From the NCBI GenBank assembly GCA_965215885.1, contig CBDCEW010000063.1:1-32966 (forward strand): DNA of 32,966 nucleotides, given 5' to 3'. Every line of letters starts with the position of its first letter. Position 1 is the first letter of the stretch. Of the stretch, positions 9,134 to 17,752 are shown piece by piece. A program made the position numbers and the translations under genes. The notes beneath the pieces were generated by a model. The model saw only the letters and a list, made by a program, of their open reading frames with translations, was not told the origin of the DNA and did not search any database. The DNA comes from Candidatus Moanibacter sp. Lineage in GTDB: Bacteria; Verrucomicrobiota; Verrucomicrobiia; Opitutales; UBA2987.

Positions 9134-9517
9134 ATGGGAATAATGGCAGATTCGATGGTGGCATACGCGCAGCTGTTGCTCGACGAGACTGATGGATCGA
9201 TGGACCAGATGAACAATGCGTTTGCGATTGCCCAGATGTGCTGGAACTTGGCGTTGTTGCCGGAGGAGGATCGAGAAGAGAGCCTCGCCGAGATGCGACC
9301 GGGACTCCAGATGGATGACGCCGAGTTCGCAGAATTCCGACAGTTGGTCATCGTGCCAATGATTCGGCGGCACCATGAAATGTTTCCCAGGATGCCGCGG
9401 CTAGAATCGCAGGCCGCACCGCCGCTCCCGCGCGAGAAGAAGTTTCCGGGGACGGGACGCAACGCCCCGTGTCCGTGCAATAGCGGAAAGAAGTACAAAC
9501 GGTGTTGTGGGCGATGA
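9134..9517 (+). CDS. SEC-C metal-binding motif protein (cassette gene, own attC missing)
   Basis: C-terminal GRNAPCPCNSGKKYKRCCG; starts 29 bp after attC4 GTT. Confidence 0.85.
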   Translation: MGIMADSMVAYAQLLLDETDGSMDQMNNAFAIAQMCWNLALLPEEDREESLAEMRPGLQMDDAEFAEFRQLVIVPMIRRHHEMFPRMPRLESQAAPPLPREKKFPGTGRNAPCPCNSGKKYKRCCGR

Positions 9518-9841
9518 CCACCCCCCGAGAATATAAAGATTCCCGAAATGGTGCGGGCGGAATTACTCTACGGTGCGGCCAAGAGCCGGCGGGTCGAGGA
9601 AAACCAGAAGATTGTAAAAGCATTTCTGGCCCCTTATGAACTCCTGCCTTTTGCGGGCGAGGCGGTTGAACATTTCGCCGAGATCCGTGCCGACCTCGAT
9701 CAGAAAGGGGAAGTCATTGGGCCTTACGCTCTGATCATTTCCGCGACAGTTCGCGCCTACGGTGCCACGTTGGTGACCAACAATCCGCGGGAGTTTTCAA
9801 GGGTGAAGGGTCTTCGCGTGGAAGACTGGTCGGTTGATTGA
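9518..9841 (+). pseudogene. VapC PIN toxin fragment lacking the N-terminal LLDT strand
   Basis: In-frame PENIKIPEMVRAELLYGA...IGPYALII...LVTNNPREFSRVKGLRVEDW; upstream bounded by the SEC-C stop codon. Confidence 0.75.
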
Positions 9842-9853
9842 GTTGGTCTTCGA

Positions 9854-10014
9854 GGGGCGCCATCTCACTGGGTTATTGGAGCGAACCGCGCGGAACCGTT
9901 GACGTTGACCTCACACTCTTTCTCCCTCCCGAGAAACCGTCACAGTGCGTTTGGTGTCTGCGAGATATTGGCTGTGACCTCGATTCGGCTACGGCGCTCG
10001 AATCACTTAGGAAA
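9854..10014 (+). pseudogene. Diverged internal fragment of the downstream nucleotidyltransferase gene (matches 10402-10562)
   Basis: Direct repeat at offset 548; GAISLGYWSEPRGTVDVDLTLF identical, later differences mostly at third codon positions. Confidence 0.8.
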
Positions 10015-10084
10015 GGGCGCGCGGGAAGCAGGAAAAGTAGAACCAGCGTTGACAAGGCGCGAAGCGCCGGCAATTAGTACCGGT

Positions 10085-10345
10085 ATGTCAACACAAGGAG
10101 AAAAATTGCGATTTCCAGGGCCAGCTGTTGTCGAGGCTGAACGTGATTTGTCCTATCTGCAATCGCTGAGCGTCGGTCAGCGCGGAGAGTTGCTAATTGC
10201 CGCCTGTCGGGCAGCCGCAGCAATCGAGCAGGGGCGGCGGCAAAGCGGGTTGTCGCCGTCGTTTCCCGCCCCTTGGCCGCATTCGACTCAGCAGTTCCAA
10301 AGAAAATGGGCCGCCCATGTCCGAGCAACCGCTGAGCGCGACTGA
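10085..10345 (+). CDS. 86-aa hypothetical protein, putative antitoxin partner of the nucleotidyltransferase
   Basis: ATG at 10085 (MSTQGEKLRFP); overlaps start of the next gene; TTGACA at 10049 upstream. Confidence 0.55.
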   Translation: MSTQGEKLRFPGPAVVEAERDLSYLQSLSVGQRGELLIAACRAAAAIEQGRRQSGLSPSFPAPWPHSTQQFQRKWAAHVRATAERD

Positions 10346-10886
10346 CGCGGCGGAGCAGCTCGTCGCCGCCCTGGACTCGCTAGGCCAAGAGTACGCCCTG
10401 GGGGGCGCCATCTCACTGGGTTATTGGAGCGAACCGCGCGGAACCGTTGACGTTGACCTCACACTCTTTCTGCCTCCTGAGAAACCGTCGCAGTGCATCA
10501 GGTGCCTGCAAGATATTGGCTGTGACCTCGATTCGGCTGCGGCGCTGGAGTCACTACGGGAACACGGCTTTTGCCGGGCCACCTACCAGGGCGTTCGCGT
10601 CGATGTATTTTTGCCCATCACGCCGTTTTACGAAACGGCCCGTAAGAAACGGCAGATGGTGCGGTTGGGCAACCAGACCATTTCGATTTGGGACGCCGCG
10701 TGTTTGGCTGTCTTCAAGATGATGTTCTTCCGGCGAAAGGATGTAGCCGATGTGGAACAGATGCTCCGTACCCAATTGGCGATGCTCGACCACGCATGGG
10801 TGCGTCAACAGCTTGTGGAGATTTTGGGCCAGCGCGACCCGCGGGTTACACAATGGGATGAGCTGGTAGCGGAAATGGAACAGTGA
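10317..10886 (+). CDS. Pol-beta superfamily nucleotidyltransferase (AbiEii/MenT-like), 189 aa
   Basis: YALGGAISLGYWSEPRGTVDVD (GG...R.T.D.D), RVDVF, FKMMFFRRKDVADV. Confidence 0.75.
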   Translation: MSEQPLSATDAAEQLVAALDSLGQEYALGGAISLGYWSEPRGTVDVDLTLFLPPEKPSQCIRCLQDIGCDLDSAAALESLREHGFCRATYQGVRVDVFLPITPFYETARKKRQMVRLGNQTISIWDAACLAVFKMMFFRRKDVADVEQMLRTQLAMLDHAWVRQQLVEILGQRDPRVTQWDELVAEMEQ

Positions 10887-11121
10887 AAGTTGGGAGCGGA
10901 AGTGTTATGGGTCGAAGATACGCTTCGAAAGAGCTGCCAATCGCGCCCGGGGCCGGCAATCCTTAACGTAGCTGAAAAGCCAAGCTCGATTGTATCGAAA
11001 CTCTCACTGCGGCACAGCTACTACTCAATACCGACGCCTGTTCACAAGCTAACGGGGAGAGCGTGATAGGGATTGCGCCGGACGATTAATCGGTGCTTCC
11101 GTCGTTTGCCTCCTGGCCGCA

Positions 11122-11144
11122 AACCCGCATAATAGCGAGTTCTG
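11122..11144 (-). repeat. Orphan terminal inverted repeat of the 741-aa-transposase IS
   Basis: AACCCGCATAATAGCGAGTTCTG is 22/23 identical to 5904-5926. Confidence 0.8.
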
Positions 11145-11360
11145 AACCTATATCAACCTCGCCAAGTGGTGGAGGTGCAACGATACCCGATGAAAAATGG
11201 AGAAGGGTGATCCAAGAGGGGGGTAAAGTGCCAGTAGTAGCAGCACAGCGGTGCCGGGTGAGCTATTTCACGGATGGAGCGGTGCTCGGCTCAGAGGAGT
11301 TTGTCCAGGGTATCTTTGAGGAGTTCAGGAGTCGGTTTGGAGCAAAGCGACGTTCTGTGA
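11145..11360 (+). pseudogene. C-terminal remnant of a RAYT/Y1-type (REP-associated) transposase
   Basis: RCRVSYFTDGAVLGSEEFVQGIFEEFRSRFGAKR resembles the C-terminal motif of PVC-group Y1 transposases; N-terminus missing at the orphan IR. Confidence 0.55.
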
Positions 11361-11482
11361 AGAGAGAGGAATCGAGGACGAGAACGAGGACGAGGACGAG
11401 GTCTCGGGTGGCGGGAGACACGGCCGAAAGTTTCACCCTCCGTTTGATCCGGCGGCATGCCGGCAGCCCGACTGATTTGCAA

Positions 11483-12739
11483 CTACCCCTGCGCAAGGAG
11501 GCTGAGGTGCTTTGTAAAATGTGTATCGAGGACCTCTTTATGAAGGTCCTCGTTTCCCTTCAAAATCTCGAGGATTGCCTCCTTGAAAGATTGTCCGTTT
11601 GATCGTTCGCCGATGGTTAGGACCGAACCGAAGGTCACGTGTAGGAGTTGACGTCCCACGTTCTGATTGAGGTAAGTGTCCTCCAAATCGACAATCGGGG
11701 CATGCCCAAGATTGGCAATATCCTCCTGGGAGGTGGAGATGTGGTAGCTGGCGATGTCGGTCGCGAATCGGCCGGCCGAGTAACAGGCGATCTCCTTAAA
11801 CAGATCGGTATCGATGCGGCAGACGACGCGAAGCGCCTCGAGATAGCTTGTGCCGGCGGTCTTTACATGCAACAGTTCTCCGCAGACTCGACCGAAGACC
11901 GGATAAACTGAAAACTTATCAGAACCACTGTGCATACTGAGTTTGTAGGGGCCGTATCGCTGAGCGATGTTGGCATGCTCACGAAGGGAATTCTCGAACG
12001 CCTGGACTTCACCTCTGTAATCGATTCCCTTTTCGAAATCACCCACAAAACGTGGCGCGAGGCTCACAACTTCGACGTTTCTCCGCTTCAGCTCGAGCGC
12101 GAAAAAAAGATGCTCGAGAGTCGAGGTCGGAGAATCGGTTTCATCGACCGACACTTCGATTTCATAGGGCCGTTCCGCACTCTCTTCGGCAATGTAACCC
12201 GCCATTTTCTCCACGTCGGCAATGGCTCTCCCGTACTTTACGACGGCCCGGTTAAGTCTCTCCTTATCAAAGGTGATCGCTGAGTTCTCGGCTACTTCGA
12301 AAGTACGGTTCAGATAGAGAGAGTCCAGCGATTCTTCGCCGAAAATACCTTCGGTTACCTGTGCAGTGACCTCGGCCAAAAGATCGCATTCTCCCATGCC
12401 ATCCGCCAGGTTGTTGACGAAGGAAGAGGGATCGATGGTGAAGAAACAATAGCCGGCTACGGCAGTTCGGTGAACATCTTCACGAGTCTTGAGGTGATCC
12501 GCATCCGCTCCCCACGGTTCATTGTAGCCGGCATCGGCGACTGCCGCCTGAGCGGCTTCCATTACCTCTTCCGCGGTTCGATTTGTGCGGTCGAGTTCTC
12601 GAATCGACTGCTGCGCAAAAATTGAGGCAAAGTCGAATTTCTCGGCCGCCGCGATATGACCCGGACCAGCGAGACCCAATCGATCTCCAAATCCGAAAGA
12701 TTTCTTTAGACCTAGGACGGTCGGAATTGAATTTTCCAT
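11483..12739 (-). CDS. uxaE: Tagaturonate/fructuronate epimerase
   Basis: GFGDRLG, AQQSIRE, GADADHLK, DFEKGIDY, HSGSDKF, HVKTAGTSYLEALR. Confidence 0.9.
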   Translation of the reverse strand: MENSIPTVLGLKKSFGFGDRLGLAGPGHIAAAEKFDFASIFAQQSIRELDRTNRTAEEVMEAAQAAVADAGYNEPWGADADHLKTREDVHRTAVAGYCFFTIDPSSFVNNLADGMGECDLLAEVTAQVTEGIFGEESLDSLYLNRTFEVAENSAITFDKERLNRAVVKYGRAIADVEKMAGYIAEESAERPYEIEVSVDETDSPTSTLEHLFFALELKRRNVEVVSLAPRFVGDFEKGIDYRGEVQAFENSLREHANIAQRYGPYKLSMHSGSDKFSVYPVFGRVCGELLHVKTAGTSYLEALRVVCRIDTDLFKEIACYSAGRFATDIASYHISTSQEDIANLGHAPIVDLEDTYLNQNVGRQLLHVTFGSVLTIGERSNGQSFKEAILEILKGNEDLHKEVLDTHFTKHLSLLAQG

Positions 12740-12889
12740 GTTTTCTCCCTCAAGATTGCTAGGATTTAAAAGGGAACGAGCGAGGACGGGTCAATCTGAA
12801 ACGATCGACGGGACCTCGGATGCGCAGCTGAATGCCAATCCCTTCGATTAATCGTGACAATCCTCAGGACATCCGATTGAACAGCAAAA

Positions 12890-13873
12890 ATGGGGCCGAT
12901 GACACGAATTCTAATTACGACCACTTCGTATCAGGATACGCCCGGAGAGCACCACGCCTTGCTGGAAGAGGCGAAGTATGAAATCGTACGCGGCCGGGGG
13001 CCACTGAATGAGGAGTCGACTCTCGATCTGGTCGGGGATGTTGACGGCATGATCTGTGGCGACGACGAGATCACTCGCAGAGTCATGGAAAAAGCGTTAC
13101 CCCGATTACGGGTAATCAGCAAATACGGAATCGGGGTGGACAAGATTGATGTGGAAGCGGCGACAGATCTGGGTATTCCGGTATTATACACCCCGGGCGT
13201 CAACCACACTACGGTTGCTGAACACACCTTTCTTCTCCTCCTTTGTCTCATGAAGCATCTCGTTGAAGAAGCGGGTTATACTTCGGCGGGTGAGTGGAAG
13301 CGCGTCACCGGCAACGAGATCATGGGTAAGAAGCTCGGCATAATCGGGTTAGGTAGAATCGGAAAAGAGGTTGCCACACGCGCACGGGCCTTCGGGATGG
13401 ATGTGATGGCCTACGATGTTTATTGGGACGATTCATTCGCTGCGCAGAACCATGTGGAGAGGGCGGAGAGCATGGATACTATTTTTCGGAACGCGGAGGT
13501 TGTTTCGCTTCATACGAACCTGACTGATGAAACACGCGGAATAGTCAATGCAGGCACAATCGAGAGCATGAAAGATGGTGTAGTGATCATCAATTGTTCC
13601 CGCGGCGAAGTCGTCGACAGCAACGCAATGGCGGAAGCATTGGAGACGGGTAAAGTAGGTGGGTATGGAGCCGACGTCCTGGATATTGAGCCGCCTCCGG
13701 CGGATCATCCGTTGCTAAAGGCAAAGAATTGTCTGGTTACTCCCCACATCGCGTCACGAACCTACGAGAGCGTGGAGCGACAGGCAACGATGTGCACGCG
13801 AAACCTGATTCTTGCCATGAATGGCGAGCAACCTCTTGCACAGGTGAATGATGTTCCTGTCAGGCCTGCGTGA
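12890..13873 (+). CDS. D-isomer-specific 2-hydroxyacid dehydrogenase (SerA-like, no ACT domain)
   Basis: GIIGLGRIG, INCSRG, DVLDIEPP, TPHIAS; start may be 12899. Confidence 0.9.
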   Translation: MGPMTRILITTTSYQDTPGEHHALLEEAKYEIVRGRGPLNEESTLDLVGDVDGMICGDDEITRRVMEKALPRLRVISKYGIGVDKIDVEAATDLGIPVLYTPGVNHTTVAEHTFLLLLCLMKHLVEEAGYTSAGEWKRVTGNEIMGKKLGIIGLGRIGKEVATRARAFGMDVMAYDVYWDDSFAAQNHVERAESMDTIFRNAEVVSLHTNLTDETRGIVNAGTIESMKDGVVIINCSRGEVVDSNAMAEALETGKVGGYGADVLDIEPPPADHPLLKAKNCLVTPHIASRTYESVERQATMCTRNLILAMNGEQPLAQVNDVPVRPA

Positions 13874-13906
13874 GAAGCGGTGCGATTAACCTGGCGCAGC
13901 GTAGCC

Positions 13907-13948
13907 GCCCTTCGACTTCGCTCAGGGCCCTGAGCCTGCCGAACGGGC
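13907..13948. repeat. REP-like hairpin
   Basis: GCCCTTCGACTTCGCTCAGGGCCCTGAGCCTGCCGAACGGGC with perfect central palindrome GCTCAGGGCCCTGAGC. Confidence 0.7.
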
Positions 13949-14383
13949 AACCAAATTGGAAGATCGACGCACGAAAGAGGGGCCACAGAGATCACCGAGA
14001 AGCACAGAGGACCACGGAGAGTTGAACAGAAGGAAACAGCGGAAGACGGAGAGAAAGAGGAAAGACTTCTCACGCAACGGTCTTCGACCCGCAAGCGGGA
14101 CTACGCCCTGTCAAGAAGCCGCAAAGACGCAAAGGGGGGGAGAGGAAGTGGCAACGGATGAAAGCACAGCAACGGATGGGGAGAGGACGTAGGTCGTACG
14201 GTCAATTTCCTGCTTTCCTTATTCAACTCTCAATCTGTGGGCTATTGAACTTTTCTAAACGAAACGTTCTTTTCTTAGGAACAGAACAATATTTCTTGAA
14301 CATCAACGGGTTATACTTGCGGTTAAGAAATTTCTTCTTAGGGAAATAGGCCTTTTCGAGTTTGTAGCACAGAGGAGGTATTT

Positions 14384-15490
14384 ATGGGAGAACAGTTTCG
14401 TGTCGTGCCCGAAGCGTTGCATAACGACCTCGTGGCAGCTGCCTTCCGGCATCGCGGCTATTCGGAAGAGGAATCAGATATCGCGGCGCGGTTTGCGGCA
14501 AGTGCGACCTGGCACGGGATCAGGACCCACAACGGCATCAAGGCGCTGGAACTCGACCGGTATCTCGGGAGCGGCTCAAAGGGCTGTGTTCCGGGCGCCG
14601 AGATTGAGAAGCTACCCTGCCGGTTTGAGGCTTGCGAAATTTGGAACGCAAACCGAAAGCTGGGACAGGCGGTTGCATCAATGGCAATGGAGAGGTGTAT
14701 CGAACTCGCCGATCAATATGGGGTCGGCATGGTCAACGTGGATAATGCCTTTCATTACCTCTGGGGTGGCGGACATGTCATGGAAGTGGCAAAGAGAGGG
14801 TATATCGGATACACAAACTGTCCGGCGTCCCTCGCAGAAGTGATTCCTTTTCAGGGCAGGAGCCCGACTTTAGGCACGAATCCGCATAGCTGGGGTTTCC
14901 CAACGACGGAAGCGATTGGGTTTCCCATCGTAATTGATTGGGCGACGTCTGTTGTCTCAATGGGGAGAATCGCGCAGTTTGCACGGGAAGGTCAGAGGTT
15001 GCCTCCAGATGCTGCCCTTGATGCAGAGGGCAGGGTTACGACGGATCCCAAAGAGGCTGTTCATGTTCTCCCTTTCGGGGGGCATAAGGGCTATAGCCTG
15101 TGTCTGCTGAATGAGATTGTCGCCGCCTTTATCGGCGGGTCGTTACCGACGATTCGAAATATCTGGGAGGACGACGGCGAAAAGCACACTTGTACTTTTC
15201 ATTTCCAGGTGATTCATCCGGAAGCGTTGAACGCCGGAGCGTTTGCCGCGGGAAGAGATCAGTCGGCAAACGTGCGTGCAGTGATAGAGGACATTCTCGG
15301 CCACGGGAACGAAAATTGCATGTTGCCGGGACAGCTTGAAGCCGAGGCCGCCCAGCGAAGTGAATTGAACGGCGGGTTGCTCTTCAGCGAGGTGGAGATC
15401 GAGACGTTTAACGCTGTCGCTGAGGAATGTGAACTGGCGGGATGGAAGTGGAGTGATTTTGAGGAGGAGAGAGACACGGAGTCACACTGA
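14384..15490 (+). CDS. Ldh_2 family (malate/L-lactate/ureidoglycolate-type) oxidoreductase
   Basis: GIRTHNG, LGTNPHSWGFP, IDWATS, LPFGGHKGYSL, LPGQLE; RBS GAGGAGG upstream. Confidence 0.85.
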   Translation: MGEQFRVVPEALHNDLVAAAFRHRGYSEEESDIAARFAASATWHGIRTHNGIKALELDRYLGSGSKGCVPGAEIEKLPCRFEACEIWNANRKLGQAVASMAMERCIELADQYGVGMVNVDNAFHYLWGGGHVMEVAKRGYIGYTNCPASLAEVIPFQGRSPTLGTNPHSWGFPTTEAIGFPIVIDWATSVVSMGRIAQFAREGQRLPPDAALDAEGRVTTDPKEAVHVLPFGGHKGYSLCLLNEIVAAFIGGSLPTIRNIWEDDGEKHTCTFHFQVIHPEALNAGAFAAGRDQSANVRAVIEDILGHGNENCMLPGQLEAEAAQRSELNGGLLFSEVEIETFNAVAEECELAGWKWSDFEEERDTESH

Positions 15491-15607
15491 GGGGGAACAC
15501 AGAGTTACACGGAGGAGGAACACTGACAAAAGAAGGCGCTAGCGCGGCGTAGCCGTAACCGAAGCATAGAGAGGGAGAAGCGGTGACGGGGAGAGGGGGA
15601 GACGCAA

Positions 15608-15800
15608 CCAAACTTTTGTCGTAAGCTTCGTCGTCAACTTAGTCGCCATTTTTTTGCTCTCTCGAGGAGGTTTACGATGAAGGATAGAGGGAGCTTTTCT
15701 CCCCGTCAGGGTTTCTTTGTCGCTAGTCCCGCTGAGCGGGATCGTGAGCTTTGTCGCGGAATTCGGTCGCTCTCTCGACGAAGCTTACGATGAAGTTTGG
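15608..15800. repeat. IR-bounded non-coding element with internal short repeats
   Basis: CCAAACTTTTGTCGTAAGCTTCGTCG (15608-15633) pairs with CGACGAAGCTTACGATGAAGTTTGG (15776-15800); 15-bp perfect core. Confidence 0.65.
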
Positions 15801-16166
15801 GAGGTAAGAATAAGGTTCATCCACAACTGAAGCTTCGATCGCAATTTTTTGAGCACCAGCATCTTCCGCGAAAAACTTGCTAAAAAAAAAAGAAGTTGCA
15901 CGATTGTAGTACGGAGGAGGAACCCTGACAGAAGAAGGCCACAGAGCACACTGAGCCGTCTGCGCTGCGTTGCGCCGTGCCAAGGGAAGCATGGAGAGCA
16001 CAGAGAGGGGATTTTTGATGGATTGATTTGTGAGTCGAGGCGCTGGATTTTGGTCTTACTTGAGGTTTGAACAGAAGGAAACGGAGGGAAACGTAGTTAA
16101 GTAAATGGGAGAGGCAGATCCTGAGGTAGCTAAACCCAGCGCACCCTGTATAAGGTAACGATAAAT

Positions 16167-17267
16167 ATGAGTGTTTTAGAGATAAAATCCGCGGAGAGTT
16201 GTCGCTATGACCTGGTGGCACTGGGAGAGATTATGCTACGGCTCGATCCCGGCGAAGGGAGGATACGAACGGCGCGGTCATTTCGAGCTTGGGAGGGCGG
16301 CGGCGAGTACAATGTGGCGCGTGCAATGCGAAAGTGCTTCGGGTTGCGGGCGGGGGTTGTGACCGCCTTTGCCGACAATGAGGTCGGGCACCTTATTGAG
16401 GATTTCATCCTCCAGGGAGGAGTGGACACCACATGGGTGAAGTGGGTGCCTTACGACGGGATCGGACGAGTGGTTCGCAACGGAATAAATCTTACGGAAC
16501 GCGGATTCGGAATACGCGGAGCAGTGGGTGTATCGGATCGAGGAAATACAGCAGCCTCTCAAATGAAGGTGGGCGATGTGGATTGGGATGAACTCTTCGG
16601 CAATCAGGGTGTGCGCTGGCTCCATACCGGCGGCATTTATGCGGCACTGTCGGATACGACACCGGATCTAGTGATTGAGGCTGTGAGCGCGGCAAAGAGA
16701 CATGGCACGATTGTTTCCTATGATCTCAATTACCGTCCGTCGCTATGGAAAGGGATCGGTGGAGTAGAGAAGGCGCAGGAGGTCAATCGGCGGATTGCCG
16801 AGCACGTCGATGTAATGCTCGGAAATGAAGAGGACTTTACGGCTTGTTTGGGGTTTGAAGTGGAGGGTCTGGATGAGAAGATCTCCGATATCAAAGTTGA
16901 GAGCTTCAAGCGCATGATTGAGAACGCGGTGGATGCATTTCCCAATTTCAAGGCAACAGCAACTACTCTCCGGACCGTAAAGACAGCGACGGTGAACGAT
17001 TGGGGGGCCATTTGCTGGCATGATGGATCATTTTATGAATCGCGCTCCTACGAGGGGTTGGAGATTCTGGATCGCGTGGGTGGTGGAGACAGCTTCGCAT
17101 CGGGACTCATCTACGGTTTTCTGGAGACGGGAGATCCGCAGGAGGCGGTGGAATACGGCGCGGCCCATGGGGCCCTGGCCATGACAACCCCAGGGGATAC
17201 GTCGATGGCGACGCTAAGCGAAGTCGAGAAAATTATGGGAGGCGGCGGTGCGCGGGTCGTGCGTTGA
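16167..17267 (+). CDS. kdgK: 2-keto-3-deoxygluconate kinase (PfkB family)
   Basis: GEIMLRL, GGGEYNVA, YDLNYRPSLW, GNEEDF, DRVGGGDSFASG, GGGARVVR end; hexuronate context. Confidence 0.85.
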   Translation: MSVLEIKSAESCRYDLVALGEIMLRLDPGEGRIRTARSFRAWEGGGEYNVARAMRKCFGLRAGVVTAFADNEVGHLIEDFILQGGVDTTWVKWVPYDGIGRVVRNGINLTERGFGIRGAVGVSDRGNTAASQMKVGDVDWDELFGNQGVRWLHTGGIYAALSDTTPDLVIEAVSAAKRHGTIVSYDLNYRPSLWKGIGGVEKAQEVNRRIAEHVDVMLGNEEDFTACLGFEVEGLDEKISDIKVESFKRMIENAVDAFPNFKATATTLRTVKTATVNDWGAICWHDGSFYESRSYEGLEILDRVGGGDSFASGLIYGFLETGDPQEAVEYGAAHGALAMTTPGDTSMATLSEVEKIMGGGGARVVR

Positions 17268-17268
17268 G

Positions 17269-17752
17269 GAGGAAGAGTGGGACACGGAGCTACACTGAGG
17301 GGGAACACAGAATTTCACGGAGGAGAGGGGGAGAACGAAGATGAGAGTGTTTCTTTCGGGTCTAGGATAAGTCAATGATGGCGCCCGCGTCGCGAATTGA
17401 GGAAGAGTGGGACACGGAGTTACACTGAGGGGGAACACAGAGTTTCACTGAGAAGAGGGGGAGAACGAAGATGAGAGTGTTTCTTTCGGGTCTAGAATAA
17501 GTCAATGATGGCGCCCGCGTCGCGAATTGAGGAAGAGTGGGACACGGAGCTACACTGAGGGGGAACACAGAGTTTCACTGAGAAGAGAGGGAGAACGAAG
17601 ATGAGAGTGTTTCTTTCGGGTATAGGATTAGTCAATGGTGGCGCCCGCGTCGCGAGTTGAGGAAGAGTGGGACACGGAGTCACACTGAGGGGGAACACAG
17701 AGTCACACGGATAAGAGAAAGGAGAATAAAGATGAAAATGTATCATTCGGAT
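17269..17752 (+). repeat. Tandem repeat, 130-bp period, about 3.7 copies
   Basis: GGAAGAGTGGGACACGGAG at 17271, 17401, 17531, 17661. Confidence 0.95.

Noticed and set aside
9854..10562. Diversity-generating retroelement TR/VR pair
   Set aside because: Differences are not adenine-specific, fall mostly at third codon positions, and no reverse transcriptase is present.
11093..11602. 169-aa protein
   Set aside because: Chimera of IS end, RAYT-like remnant, hexamer repeat and antisense uxaE.
14325..14336. Palindrome AAGAAATTTCTT as operator upstream of the Ldh_2 gene
   Set aside because: Single AT-rich 12-mer with no second copy noticed near other promoters and no regulator in the window.
17269..17752. 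CRISPR array
   Set aside because: Whole 130-bp units are near-identical with no unique spacers, and no cas genes are in the window.
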